Notes under the pieces: model-generated | Databases searched by the model: none | Seen by the model: only the letters and a program-made list of their open reading frames with translations | What the model was told of the DNA's origin: nothing | Assembly (NCBI GenBank): GCA_951406725.2 | Contig: OX597826.1 | Coordinates: 32,736,001-32,800,000, forward strand | DNA length: 64,000 nucleotides | DNA from: Octopus vulgaris | Lineage: Eukaryota | Direction: 5' to 3' | Shown: piece by piece, positions 1 to 13,697 of the stretch | Layout: every line of letters begins with the position of its first letter | Numbering within the stretch: position 1 is the stretch's first letter | Position numbers and translations under genes: made by a program

Positions 1-190
1 ACAGGAAGAATGAGTGAGAGAAAGTTGTGGTGAAAGAGTACAGCAGGGTTCACCACCAACCCCTGCCAAAGCCTTGTGGAGCTTTTGGTGCTTTTGGTCA
101 ATAGACACTCACAATGCCCAGTCTGGGAATTGAAACTGCGATCCTATAACCATGAGTCTGCTGCCCTAACCACTGGGCCATTGCACCTCC
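1..190 (-). mobile_element. tRNA-derived SINE (family C-like head), truncated by window edge
   Basis: Minus strand GGTGCAATGGCCCAGTGGTTAGGGCAGCAGAC...GTTTCAATTCCCAGACTGG (A/B-box head); homologous to 55676-55976 and 58160-58426. Confidence 0.8.
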
Positions 191-307
191 ACAGTGGATT
201 ATATTGACAAAAAGAATCAAAAGTTCACATTTCATCACATTCTTCATGTTGCACTCTTCAGCAAGTTTTTCTATTAAAAAAGTCTTCTTCCTTCTCTTTT
301 CAAAGAT

Positions 308-1116
308 TATTGCATACGCTGGGGTATAAAACATGCTTCTTTTGTTCTTAAAGGTGACAAAAATGTTGCCATTCGTCTTGTGAGACCATTTTATAAATGA
401 GATACTTCATGGATGAGTGCATCTTTTATCTTTTACTTGGTTCAGACTATGGCCATGCTGGGACATCACTTTGAAGTGTTTAGCTGAATAAATTGATGCA
501 GTATCTATTTTAAGCTTTGTACGTATTCTATCGATCTCTATTGCTGAAATATTAGATTATAGGAATGTAAACAAACCAACACTGGTTGCTAATGTGGTGG
601 TGGTGGTGGTGGTAGTGGGAGACAAACACATACACAAAGTCACACACACACACATACACACATGCACACACACATGCACATACACACATACACACACATG
701 CACGCATGCACACACACACACACATGCACACACACACACATAAACAAGCACACACACACACAAATACATACACACAAACACAAACACACACACAAAAACA
801 CACACAAATACATACATACATGCGCGTGCATACACACACATAAACACACACACACACAACAGGTTTCTTTCAGATTCTGCCTGCCAAATCCTGTCACAAA
901 GCTTCGGTCAGTCCAAGGCTATAGTAGAAGACACTTGCTTTGCATACCATGCAGTGGGATTGAACTCAGAACCATGTGGTTGAAAGGCAAACTTCTTAAC
1001 CACACAGCCACACCTGCATATTAGATTAATTTCTTCAATAAAGTACCCATTCCTCCACAAAAATGTAGGGGTCTATCTTAAACAAGAACGTGTTTTATAC
1101 ACCAGCAAATACAGTA
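308..1116. mobile_element. pogo/Tigger-like non-autonomous DNA transposon interrupted by a SINE
   Basis: Imperfect ~33-bp TIRs: TATTGCATACGCTGGGGTATAAAACATGCTTCTT (308-341) vs reverse complement of AAGAACGTGTTTTATACACCAGCAAATACAGTA (1084-1116); TA ends. Confidence 0.6.
422..1016 (-). mobile_element. tRNA-derived SINE family A with internal (CA)n expansion
   Basis: Head GGTGTGGCTGTGTGGTTAAGAAGTTTGCC...GTTCAATCCCAC; tail CAGCATGGCC...GTAAAAGATAAAAGA; >15 homologous pieces in the window. Confidence 0.85.
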
Positions 1117-1696
1117 TCTGATTTGCCAGGGTAGGTAAGGCATTTTGCTACCTGGTTCCAGCTTTATGTGCAAATAAAAGTAGGTGTGTTTGTCGTGGTT
1201 GATTGACTTCAGAACAAATATAATCCAGCAGATCGAGGATCAAATACGTTTTGTGTATCTAGGAATACAACGTCTAATGGATATTATAAGCGGCTACTGT
1301 GGTTATTTAACCTCAAATCAGCTATGATTTAGCAATTCTATGGTCACATTTAACAATGAAAGAAGCATCTTATACCCCAGCATATACAATATTCTTTCCG
1401 CCGAAGTTTACTTAGTCTTTCATCCTTTCAGGGTCGATTAAATAAGTACCAGTTATGCACTGGGGTTGATGTAATCGACTTAATCTCTTTGTCTGTCCTT
1501 GTTTGTCCCCTCTATGTTTAGCCCCTTGTGGGAAATAAAGAAATAAATATTCTTTCAAAAGGGAAGGAAAAAGCTGCAGCCTCAAGTTTGAAACATATAA
1601 AAGAATAAAAGAATAAAAGAATAACAGAATAAAATAATAAATACACTGGGATCATCCTACCTTTTATTTGTTATCTTTGACTACATAATCCAGTGT

Positions 1697-2053
1697 TGTG
1701 GTAAGTAGCTTGTTTACCAATCGTATGGTTCTGGGTTCAGTCCCACTGTGTGGCACCTTGGGCAGGTGTCTTCTGCTAGAGCCTTGGGCCGACCAAAGCC
1801 TTGTGATTGGATTTGGTAGACAGAAACTGAAAGAAGCCTATCATATATATATGTGTGTGTGTGTGTGTGTATTTGTGTGTCTGTGTTTTTTGCCCCCACC
1901 ATTGCTTGACAACCAATGTTGGTGCGTTTACGTCCCCGTAACTTAGTGGTTTGGCAGAAGAGACCAAAGTCCTGAGGTCGATTTGTTCGACTAAATGTGG
2001 TGCTCCAGTATGGCAGCAACCAAATAACTGAAACAAATAAAAGAATAAAAGAA
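1697..2053 (+). mobile_element. SINE family A
   Basis: TGTGGTAAGTAGCTTG...GGTTCAGTCCCACTG...CACCTTGGGCAGG, internal (GT)n, tail CTGAAACAAATAAAAGAATAAAAGA. Confidence 0.85.
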
Positions 2054-2602
2054 TACTTGTAGGTGTCGCTGGTGTTATTATTCCCAAGCCACGAGCTCTA
2101 GTTTAGTAAATCTATGATTAAAAATTTTCCAACTGTGACCATCTCATAATTTATTCTGACATAGCATATCTAGGAATACATTATCTGATGTGTGATAAAG
2201 TATTTAGTGGCTATAGTTGTACGTGGTATTGTTTAGCCCTAGGCCACCAGCTCTGCTCTGCTTGGCTGTTCTGCTCTTTGCTTCTTAGTCAACTAGACTC
2301 TGAGTCAGTCACATCGTTGCTATACCTGTCTATCTCTCTATGCCACTTGACTGAAAACCTCCACTTAGCTGTTATTTCTACACTTTCTATTCCTGAACTT
2401 TCTTGCATAGATTACTTCATTCAACTTGATTCTCCATTTTGATTATGTGTCATCAACAACTAATGAATAAAGTATATTTTTATGTAGTAAATCTATAGTT
2501 CTTAAATCTATTCCTCTTCTTTGTAAGAATTCTTCTAATAATATACATGCAACCATTTCAATACTTGATACTGAGCATGTATCCTACACTTCAGTCTTAT
2601 AT

Positions 2603-2728
2603 GTCTATGGTTTAATACCATTTCATGTTGAATGCCATGGCTCTCATCCGATCAACGAAGTTAAGCAATGTTGAGCCAAGTGAGAACTTAGATGGGGGAC
2701 TGCTTGGGAAACCTAGGGGCTGTATTGA
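2603..2728 (+). pseudogene. 5S rRNA-derived copy (pseudogene or SINE3-type head)
   Basis: CTCATCCGATCAACGAAGTTAAGCAATGTTGAGCC...ACTTAGATGGGGGACTGCTTGGGAA matches the metazoan 5S internal control region, with many substitutions and a 5' insertion. Confidence 0.8.
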
Positions 2729-2741
2729 TCTCACACTTCAT

Positions 2742-3130
2742 AGGTGCAGAAGTGGCTACGTGGTGGGAAGCTTGCTTCCCAACTACGAGGTTCCGGGTTC
2801 AGTCCCACTGTGTGGCAGCTTGGGCAAGTGTCTTCTACTATAGCTTCAGGCCAAACAAAGCCTTGTGAGTGGATTTGGTTGACAGAAACCAAAAGAAGCT
2901 CATCACATATATATATATTTGAATATATATCTATGTGTGTGTCTGTGTTTGTCCCCCCACCATCTCTCTTTGACAACCGGTGTTGGTGTGTTTACATCCC
3001 TGTAACCTAGTGGTTTGCCAAAAGAGACTGATAGAATAAGTACCAGGCTTAAAAAAGAAGTACTAGGATTGATTCAAGGCAGACCCCATCATGGCTGCAG
3101 TCTAATGACTGAAACAGGTAAAAGAGAAAG
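2742..3130 (+). mobile_element. SINE family A, near full length
   Basis: Same head, CTTGGGCAAG core, microsatellite and tail as other family A copies. Confidence 0.85.
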
Positions 3131-3134
3131 ACGA

Positions 3135-3345
3135 AGGCGATAAGCTGGAAGAAACATTAGCAGGCCAGGCGAAATGCTTAGTGCTACTTCGTCTCTCTTT
3201 ACGTTCTGAGATCAAATTCTGCCGAGGTCAGCTTTGCATTTAATCGCTTCAGGGTTGATAAATTAAGTACCAGTTGTGTACTGGGGTCGATCCAATTGAC
3301 TGGCCCCCTTCCCCAAAATTTTGGGCCTTGTGTCTAGAATAGAAA
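3135..3345 (+). mobile_element. SINE family B (tail variant 2)
   Basis: GGCGATAAGCTGGAAGAAACATTAGC...GTTCTGAGATCAAATTC...GGGTTGATAAATTAAGTACCAG; other copies ~15840-16600(-), 19420-19625(-), 31620-31870, 46700-46925, 52560-52925, 62890-62975, 63732-63935. Confidence 0.8.
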
Positions 3346-3364
3346 AGATAAAAGATAAAAGATA

Positions 3365-3424
<60 letters not shown>

Positions 3425-4053
3425 TACAGACACACACACATTATTCATATACATATAGATATATGTATATCTGTGTATGTGTTTATAAGAATGTGCATGT
3501 ATGTGAGTGCATGTACACACACTTTCTAAATACATTTATAAAACTTTCGAAGCATTTTTTAAAACAATTTTCACGTAAAAACTTTTTTTTTTTGTTTTCA
3601 AACTTACCATAAATTTTATTGAATTTTCTGCAGGAAAATCGTGTCTTTATGTTTCGGATCAATAACAAGTTTATGGTTTCAATTTTAACAGTAAATATCA
3701 GAAGCGCCATATAGAAGTCTTTGAATCACGGTAACTGTTTTTAAGGCTTACAAAAACCTGATGATTATAAAAATTGCTTTTATTCCTTTTTTAAAAAATA
3801 TTTAAGCCTGTAAAAACTAGATTGAAATTTATTGTTTAATTTTAAAAAATAGTAAAGAGAAAAATATATTACTTAAGGAGTAGATTTAGATGGGACGGCT
3901 GGTGTTGGGGACTAAAATTGCTATCGAACAAAGGACCGAGTAGATAAAAGCAATGTTTCTTTCTGTCCTTTTTCTGTTTAATCTATCTATTTTTGTATAT
4001 AGACATATAAGGATATATACACACATATTTGTCAATCTATGCACCTATGTGTG

Positions 4054-4102
<49 letters not shown>

Positions 4103-4146
4103 AATATACATGCACATATATATACATATATATATTTATATGCATA

Positions 4147-4190
<44 letters not shown>

Positions 4191-4825
4191 TATATATGTA
4201 TATGTATGTACATATATAGGCATATATGTATATATACATATATATGTATATATATCATGTATACAATATATTGTGAAGCATTTCTCCATAAAAGAACGGT
4301 TTCTTTTGTAGTTCTGTTCCAGCCTGTTTAATTCTGTCTTTTGCAGTTTTCTTCACCTTTTGGGGTCACTACTATATTGTGAGCATCCTAAAGTTTCTAC
4401 AAATACACTCTCTATAAAAGATTATGCTTGTGAGCACCTAATATGTGTGTGTGTGTGTGTGGAAGAATTTATAGTGCAAAAGTTAAAATAGTGATAGAAA
4501 AATAATAAAAGAAATTGCACCCTTGTAATTTGGCCCCGAAAGGCCCCAAAGTGGAATACAAATGCCTAATGTCTATAATTACAGCTCAATTTCCTGTGAT
4601 GCTGCATTCATAGTTAAAGTCTTTTGTTGTTGAAATTTTGAATACAATTTCTTTTATTTACCTTTACCATTATTGTTTTGCTTTGTAACAGAATATTCCT
4701 TGTAAAGTTTATTTCGAAAAGTGTGATGTAAATTACTATTGTCACAATTAAAAAAAGCATCCCATCTCTTTTGTGTTTGTACATGTGTTCTCTCTCCCTC
4801 TGTACACACACACACAAATATATCA

Positions 4826-5108
4826 GGGTGCATGGTCAAGTGATTAGGGTATTACACTCATGATGGCAAGATCGTGCTTTCAATCCCTAGACTGGGCGAT
4901 GCATTGTGTTCTTGAGCAAAACACTTCATCTCTCAATGTTCTACAATCCCTTCAACACTTGACACGTGATACTCAGTGCTCCTGTTCAGACAACATCGAC
5001 TTCAGGGAAAGAGTGAGCTAATGTACATCACAAACATTTGATCATTGTTAACAAATCATTTGTGCAATTCGTTTTGCAAAAGCTAAGCGTGTATACATCG
5101 TCTTTGAC
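4826..5108 (+). mobile_element. tRNA-derived SINE (C-like head, distinct tail)
   Basis: GGGTGCATGGTCAAGTGATTAGGG...TTCAATCCCTAGACTGGGCG...TGTGTTCTTGAGCAAAACACTT. Confidence 0.7.
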
Positions 5109-5189
5109 AGGAGCATCCGTCATATATAAATACGTATATGTATATGTGCATATATATACATGTATATATATGTATATATATAGTCATAT

Positions 5190-5421
5190 AGGGTGGCGAG
5201 CTGACAGAAACATTAGTGCACCGGGCGAAATGCTTAGCGGTATTTCATCTGTCGTTATGTTCTGTGTTCAAATTTCGCCGAGGTCGACTTTGCCTTTCAT
5301 CCTTTCGGGGTCTATAAATAAAGTACCAGTTACACACTGGGGTCGATGTAATCGACATAATTCCTTTGTCTGTCCTTGTTTGTCCCCTCTATGTTTAGCC
5401 CCTTGTGGGTAGTAAAGAAAT
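5190..5421 (+). mobile_element. SINE family B (tail variant 1), full length
   Basis: GGTGGCGAGCTGACAGAAAC...GCCTTTCATCCTTTCGGGGTC...tail GTCTGTCCTTGTTTGTCCCCTCTATGTTTAGCCCCTTGTGGGTAGTAAAGAAAT; same tail at ~1490-1545 and ~52925-52980(-). Confidence 0.85.
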
Positions 5422-5884
5422 ATATATATATATATAGTCATCTTTGTCATAATATTCACTTTTCCATACTTGCATAGGTTGGACAGAATCTGTCGACAGT
5501 TTTTCTACAAATGGATGCACTTCCTGTCACCAAACCTCACCTGTTACCAAGCAAGATATCGTTTCTCTGAACCCAGACATCACATGTATAACAGAACCAT
5601 CATGTAATATAAGGATGAGGAGACACAAACAATCCTGCATCGTGTCAGATCAAAAATATACAGATATGTGCATAAAGAAAGGAAAGACAGCTGAAGAACT
5701 TGGGATTGATGGGGAAAGACCTTCATTGCAGTGACATCAATGTGCCGCAGGCATATGGCAGATGACTAGGAAAATATGGAAGAGTCTTTCTCCATGTATA
5801 GAAATATATACATCTGTCTGTGATTATGTATAAAAATGTGCATGTATGTATATATATATATATACACATATATATATAAATGTA

Positions 5885-5938
<54 letters not shown>

Positions 5939-6039
5939 CCTATCTATCTATCTGTCTATCTGTTTGTCTGTTTATCTGTCTGTCTGTCTATCTATCTACC
6001 TATCTATCTATCTATTTCTTTTTCTGAGTTTGTGTGAAT

Positions 6040-6460
6040 TTGTATAGAATAATATATCAATTGAATAAAGTTAAAACACGGTCTGGTTTCCCCGGGTTTT
6101 TATGGTATTTTAACATTAAAAAATATTTTGTAATATTCATAAGTTCATATCTTTAACATCTGAATATAAACAAATTACAGAATATCGGCACACCCAGAAA
6201 ACTATGACATTTAAGCTGCATGCAGATTGGTTAAAACCGTATTTCAAAAATTCAGCTTGTTGGAGCATTCTAAGAGATACTACAGTTGTTAAGAACTCAA
6301 TGGTCAGTTAAATACCATTTGGAATCTGATGATTACTACGAACGTATGAAAGCACTACTTGAACTTTATGAACATTACTAAATATTTTTTAATGTGAAAA
6401 TACCATAATAAAAAAACATGAAATCTAGATCATGATTTAATTGTATTCAACTGAGATATA
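6040..6460. mobile_element. MITE with long (~100 bp) imperfect terminal inverted repeats
   Basis: Left arm TATCAATTGAATA...TTTTTATGGTATTTTAACATTAAAAAATATTTTGTAATATTCATAAGTTCA is complementary to 6360-6460; right half recurs at ~12117-12360. Confidence 0.65.
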
Positions 6461-6468
6461 TATGTATG

Positions 6469-6510
<42 letters not shown>

Positions 6511-6749
6511 ATAATGGTGTCATTGAGACCCAAAGGTGTCAGGTAATGCTGAATAAGTGCTATAGACAGACCATAGTTAAGTTCCAGATTCTGTAATATT
6601 GCGAATAAAGGGTTCAATGTTAGTTCTATATCAGCGTGTGTATATAATCATTTTTTGCATAATGAGATAAAAAAAAACCCAAGGGTGTATAAATATTAGA
6701 GCATTTATCACATTGAAACTAACTATGACTTAATTATTCCTCTCACACC

Positions 6750-6801
6750 GTCTCCGATGAAGGGATATTATTGATTAATATCCTAGAAACAGCTGTAAGA
6801 C
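6750..6801 (+). ncRNA. Minimal type-I hammerhead ribozyme motif (Penelope pLTR type), CCGAUGA core variant
   Basis: GTCT-CCGATGA-AG-GGATATTA(ttgat)TAATATCC-TA-GAAA-CAGCTG-TA-AGAC: stem I GTCT/AGAC, 8-bp stem II, palindromic stem III. Confidence 0.75.
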
Positions 6802-6893
6802 TTTCTATCTATAAATGCTCTAATATCTATACAGCCTTGGTATTTTTATTTCATTACACAAAAAATCATTATATATATATACATACATACATA

Positions 6894-6925
<32 letters not shown>

Positions 6926-7688
6926 AGATAATGGTATATTGGGACCCAAAGGTGTCAGGTAATGCTGAATAAGTGCTATAGACAGACCATATATATACAT
7001 ATGCATATATACATACACATATGTACATACCTACATATATATGTATATATGTATGCATACACAATGATGATGAGCATGTGTGTGCATGTGTGCGTATGTT
7101 TGAGTCTTTTTGTCCTCAGATTGTGTAATTCTTGTAAATGGGTGCCAATGTCATAGATGTAGTGTCCTTTATTTCCAATCTTCTGCGAGAAAATGTCTTG
7201 CCATGGGGAGCTGGGAGATATTACTTTGCATAGAAATGGGCGAGGGTTGGTGGCTGGAAAGGCTTTTTGACCATAGGAAATCAGCCTTGGGAAATTCCAC
7301 CTGATCCATGCAAAGCGAGGAGAAAGAACGTGGAAACTGAAACAATGATGACAATGATGATGATAATGAGGACGATGATAATGATGATGATGATGACGAT
7401 AACAATGATGATGACGATGACAATGAGATGTGACATCCTTCATGGACATGTACAGCAACCCACCTTATTGCATGCCCAGAGTATATACACCTTGTAAATT
7501 AAAAATCCTACTGAAGTTGAAATACTGTGAGTCAGTGATGTATACCTGATTAAATTGAATCAGCTATACATAAACATATATATATATATACATACATATA
7601 TACACATAAATAATATATATACATATGCATATATGCATACACATATGTTCATACCTACATATATATATGTATATATACATGCATATAT

Positions 7689-7875
7689 GGGTACAGGACG
7701 TCAAAATAAAAAAAACGCGAACGAGATGAAAAATGAGAACATAAGAAAACAAAAACATGGAAAACGAACATTTTTTTTAACAACGAAAGAAACAAATAGA
7801 GAAACAAGACAGGCAAAATAAAGAACAATCCCTTCATCAGTTGTCCTGTGTTTTATCTACTCCACATTTCGAACA
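7689..7875 (-). mobile_element. Short pLTR-like repeat embedded in AT microsatellite
   Basis: Contains CTGATGAAG on the minus strand; its GTACAGGAC...AAAACG...ACAAC-GAAAG end resembles the element in the 44598-44886 palindrome. Confidence 0.45.
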
Positions 7876-8382
7876 CACACACACGTATATGTATATATAT
7901 ATATATATATATTTATATATTTATATATCATCATCCTCATCAACATCGTTTAACGTCCGCTTTCCATGCTAGCATGGATTGGACGATTTGACTGAGGTCT
8001 GTCGAACCTGATATATAAATATATATATGTATGTATATGTATACATATATACACACACATACATACATATATACATATATTCATACATATATATATATAT
8101 ATATATGAATTATCTCTCTCACACACATGCACTCTTGTCCTAGAAATGGTGGCCTTGTGTTGGACATAAAAGAAATCAATATTTAAGAAGTGCATATACT
8201 GGCAACAAAGAAAGAAAAGAGGAGTGTTTTTGATGTGGTGTGTATGTGTGTGTGTGTGTGTTTGTGTATCTGTGTGTAAGTTTTGAGCACTTCTGTTTTT
8301 CATGAGCCAGTAATGCAATACATATATACATATATATATATGTATGTATATATATATACTCCCATGTATATACTTACATGCA

Positions 8383-8497
<115 letters not shown>

Positions 8498-8848
8498 GTA
8501 TATACATACACACACATATACTTATATACATACATACTTATAAATATGCATAAATATCATATACATGTATTTACGTATATTTTACACATAGATATATGTG
8601 CATATATGTATATATATGTATGTATATATATATATATGTATGTGTGCTTATGTATATAATTATGTGCATAGATGTGTGTGTATGTGTGTGTTTGTGCGTT
8701 TGTATGCGTGTGTATGCATATATGTGTGTGTAGGTGTATAATTGTAGCATACAAATAATATTTTAGGATAAATCAAATAAGAGGTTGATGTATTCATGTG
8801 CTTGTGTGCATGTGTGTGTTTTTGCATCTATGTTTGTATGTTTTCATG

Positions 8849-8884
<36 letters not shown>

Positions 8885-9092
8885 TAAGACCAGAGCAATA
8901 TTTAACAAGTACACCCTAAGAACAAAGGAAGAATGAAGACGGAGTGTATATGTGTATGTGAATGTGCGTGGGTGTGTGCGAATGTGTTGATGTGAGTGCA
9001 TGTTTTGTAAATGTATGTGTATGCGTGTGTGTGTGTTTCAATGATTATGTTAGGATATACTATCATTGTATGTATGAATATGTATGTGTATG

Positions 9093-9480
9093 GGTGATTT
9101 GTGAATGTATGTGTTTGAACATGTATATATGTGTTATCAATGCGTGTATACATTGCTAGTGTGTGAGTGTGTGTATGTGTGTGTGTATGTATGATTTGTG
9201 AATGTATATGTTATATGTTTGAATGTGTATATGTGTATATGCTATTAATGTGTGTATATATTGTTAGTGCGTGTGTGGCTGATTTGTGAATGTATATGTT
9301 TGAATATGTATCTATGTGTTATCAATGCGTGTATACATTGCTAGTATATGTTTGTGTATGCGTGAGTGTGTGTGTGTGTGTGTGATTTGTGAATGTATAT
9401 ATTTGAATGTGTATATGCGTATATGTGTACATGTTATTAATGCGTGTGTATATTGTTAGTGTGTGTGATTTATGAATGTA
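9093..9480. repeat. Degenerate tandem repeat, ~90-100 bp unit, ~4 copies
   Basis: TGATTTGTGAATGTAT...TGTTATCAATGCGTGTATACATTGCTAGT recurs at ~9093, 9191, 9279, 9383. Confidence 0.8.
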
Positions 9481-9970
9481 CAACCACACCAATATTTAAG
9501 AACTAAATCTGAAGAACAAAGGCAGAAACAAGCTTGTGTATGTATATGTATCTTTGTTTGTACAGAGGTTCTGAGAGTGTGCATAGAATATGTGTATGTA
9601 TGTGCTATTGATGTGTGAGTGTAATAGCGTGTGTATTCATGTGTGTGTGTGTGTGTGTGTACTGAAGACAGCCTACAAATATTTAAGACATACAACCTAA
9701 GAACAAAAGAAAACTGTATGTGTGTATGCGCAAATTTATATGTGTTTATATATGTGTGTGTGATTGTCTGCATGTGTATGTATATATATTTATACATGTG
9801 TGTGTGTGTGTGTGTATGTATGTGTGTGTGTGTGTGCATGTATGCATATGCTGATGTGTGTATTTTGTGACTATATGCATGAATACATTTATCTGTATGT
9901 ATGTATACATATATGTGTGTATATGTGTATATATATATGTATATCTGTACATATGTGTATGTGTGTATAC

Positions 9971-10014
<44 letters not shown>

Positions 10015-10102
10015 GTATATAGTTTAGTACTATGCATATATAAGAGGTATATACTTAGTAATTTACCAATGTTTAAGAACTGCCTGCTTTTCATGAAGCA
10101 TG

Positions 10103-10137
<35 letters not shown>

Positions 10138-10168
10138 AGATATACATATACATATATATATACATATA

Positions 10169-10217
<49 letters not shown>

Positions 10218-10564
10218 TTATATATATGTATATATGTATGCATGTATGTGTGTTTGAGTATAAGGACATGCATATATGTCTATATGCACGTGTATGTGTG
10301 GTGTGTGAGACTGTGTATAACATGTATGAACGTGTATGTGCGTGTCGTGTGTAGTGAATGTGTGGGGATGGAATTGTGTGCCTGTGCGTAGGGTTTATGC
10401 TAGTAATCTCGAGAAGCAAAGCAACACAGATCACGGGAGATGTTAAGTTGCTGTTCAAAGACATTTTCAAAGGAGATATCATTTTAATAATACCAGTGTG
10501 ATCATCAAGCCATCACTGTTTTCTTCTCTCCCATCAACACCATCAGAACCACAATGATGCCGTT

Positions 10565-10795
<231 letters not shown>

Positions 10796-10796
10796 T

Positions 10797-11142
10797 GAAG
10801 GCGCATGGCTCAGTGGTTAGAGCGTCGAGCTTACGATCGTGAGGTTGTGAGCTCGAATCCCGGACCGGGCTGCGTGTTGTGTTCTTGAGCAAAGCACTTT
10901 ATTTCACGTTGCTCCAGTTCACTCAGCTGTAGAAATGAGTTGCGACGTCACAGGTGCCAAGCTGTATCGACCTTTGTCTTTTCCTTGAATAACATCGGTG
11001 GCGTGGAGAGGGGAGGCTGGTATGCATGGGCGACTGCTGGTCTTCCATAAACAACCTTGCCCGGACTTGTGTCTAGGAGGGTAACTTTCTAGGTGCAATC
11101 CCATGGTCATTCATGACCGAAGGGGGTCTTTACCCTTACCCC
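10797..11142 (+). mobile_element. tRNA-derived SINE family C, full length, little diverged
   Basis: GGCGCATGGCTCAGTGGTTAGAGCG (A box)...GAGCTCGAATCC (B box), TGTGTTCTTGAGCAAAGCACTT body, TTACCC tail; second copy 37167-37496(-). Confidence 0.85.
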
Positions 11143-12389
11143 TTTACTACTACTGCTACTGCTGCTGCTGGTGTTGCTGCTGCTGCTACTACTGGCACCT
11201 TCTAGCCATGGCCACCACCACCTACGCTATTACTATTTCAGTTGTCTGCACAATCATTGCAGGTGCCATTCCAATATCACTACCACCACTGTTTCTGCCA
11301 CCACCATCACCACCACCACCACCACCACCACTGCCACTACTACAACTACTACTGCTATCACCACCACTACCACCACTGCTGCTGCAACTGGCACCACCAC
11401 CACAACCACCAGTACTACTACTACTGCTGCTACTGCTGCTGCTGCTACTGCTGCTACTGCTGCTGCTGCTACTGCTGCTACTGCACTACTACTACTACAA
11501 CTACTACTACAACTACTACTACTACTACTACTACGACTACTGCTAATGCTGCTACTGCTACTACTACAACAACCATCACCACTTCCACCACTGCCGCTAC
11601 CACTACTGCCGCCACCACCACCACCACCACCACCACTACTACTACCACCACCACCACCACCTCTACCACTACCACTCTCACCACCTCACCACCATCACTA
11701 CTACCTCTACCATTGTTGCCTTAGATTAAATGTCTGACATGCAAACCAACAAGTGTCTTGTAGAAGATCCTGAAAGCAAAATCCTGATGCCATCACTTTA
11801 CCATCTTCAATGGATGTTGCTTTAAATTGTTGTTATACTGGGGAGGGGCATCTGGTTTTTAATAATTAAATGCATGCATGGTTTATTCGATCTTCACTTT
11901 AGGTTTTATTCATATTATGTTTAGTTTATGGGCATGGCTGTGTGGTAGAGAGCTCGCTTCCCAACCACAAGGTTCCAGGTTCTGCCCTACTGCGTGGAAC
12001 CTTGGGCTAGTGTCTTCTAGTACACCTTCAGGTTCTCCAAAGCTTTGTGAGTGGATTTGGCAGACAGAAACTGAAAGAAGTTCCCAAGAGGTATAAAAAG
12101 GAAAAAGTCAGTCATTTTACTACAGTTGTCAAGACCTCAATTGTCAGTTAAATACATTTTGAAATCTGATGATTACTACAAACATAAGAAAGTTCTAATT
12201 GAACTTAATGAATGTTACAAAATATTTTTTTAATGTTTAATACACTTTAACATTGTAAAAAAAAATTTTTAAATACAATTATAAAAAACGTGAAAACCAG
12301 ACCATGTTGTAACATTATACAACTGATATATTATTCTATACACATTTACATAAATTTGGGGGAAAATATATATATATATATATATATAT

Positions 12390-13240
12390 GAAAAAACAAG
12401 TCAAAAATAGAAAATGCTAAGATAATTTTATAGTGAATCTTTCAGTACCGGTTTCGGTCATTTTGAGACCTTTTCAACTGTAACGATTAAATAATTAAAT
12501 TTAGAAAAATTAGAAGAAAAGTTTTTTTAAAAGAATATTTCTGTAGTAGTGTTCAGATATAAGTAGCATTCTGCCTTTCTCTGACTCCCTTGTTTGCACT
12601 TGTGTGTTCGAGGTCGTTTTGAGTTCTTGGTAGGATAGGTGAAGAATAATGAGGCTGATGTGGAGAGGGGGTGGGAAAATCTGGGAATGCCTTAATGGTC
12701 GTATTTTGAATGGTCAGTGGCTGACAGTAGTCACAGTTCAATTCAGGAATTGTTTATGGAATTTGCGTAGGCGTTATACTGAAAGACATTAGTGACAAGG
12801 TTAAGGGGTGGAAGGTGGAGAAGTAGAAGAAGAAGAAGATGACGATGTTGATGATGATGATGATGAAGAAGAAGAAGAAGAAGAAGGAGAAGGAGAAGAT
12901 GGTGGTGATGATGGTGGTGATGATGATGACGACAATGATGATGATAATGATGATGATGAAGAAGAAGAGGAAGAGGAAGAAGAAGAAGAAGAAGAAGAAG
13001 AAGAAAAAAACAGAGAAGGGAGAATATGAATGGGTGTAAGTATAGCTGTGATGGGGCTGATTAGTAATGGATTCTATGGAGCGTAATATTTGTGTGTGTA
13101 TATATTTCTTTTATTCTAAAGTTGAGGTATATTAATTGTTTGTCGTAGACCCGTTAAGAAGTGGCTTGTATTTTGTAATAAAGAGATTTTCTTTACTTAT
13201 TCGTCAAAAGGATGTGTTATAACACTATTCCACATATACA
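12390..13240 (-). mobile_element. Penelope-like element 3' end (GIY-YIG C-terminus, UTR and hammerhead-like motif)
   Basis: 13200-13148(-) reads RISKENLFITKYKPLLNGS (R..KE..FI....P.LN motif); hammerhead-like CAG-TTGAAAA-GGTC(tcaaaat)GACC-GAAA-CCGG-TA-CTG at 12480-12443; interrupted by GAT/GAA repeats 12820-13005. Confidence 0.6.
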
Positions 13241-13697
13241 AAAACAGCCATACCAACAATCCAATATACCTCCATCATCAGCTGCCCCACGGATACTATT
13301 ATGGTTTTGACACCTGGGCAGTACTATTCAATCCAACAGTGTTAACAGCACTAAAAGAAGTGTTTTGGGGAACAAACATATGTATGTATTTATGTATATG
13401 TGTGTGCATGTCTTTGTGTCTGTGTTTGTCCCCCTACCACCACTTGACAAGCAGTGTTGGTGTGTTTATGTCCCTGTAACTTAGTGGTTCAGCTAAGAAG
13501 ATCGATGGATTAAGTACCAGATTTAAAAAGTAGTACTGGGATTGATTCATTTGACAAAAAAATTCAAGGTGGTGCCCCAGCATGGCCACAGTCAAATGAC
13601 TGAAACAAGTAAAAGATAAAAGATAAAAGATATGTCTGAAAGTTCTTTCATCACATTCTGTGTCAAAATGAACTAGAGGAGACACATGGGACAGAGA

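Noticed and set aside
3692-3730. 39-nt micro-exon KYQKRHIEVFES with AG/GT ends
   Set aside because: Such short matches arise by chance in 64 kb and no recognisable protein results from joining it to other candidates
10800-10875. Functional tRNA genes here and at 15569, 40440-40510 and 56286
   Set aside because: Cloverleaf stems are imperfect and most continue into repeat bodies; they are tRNA-derived heads
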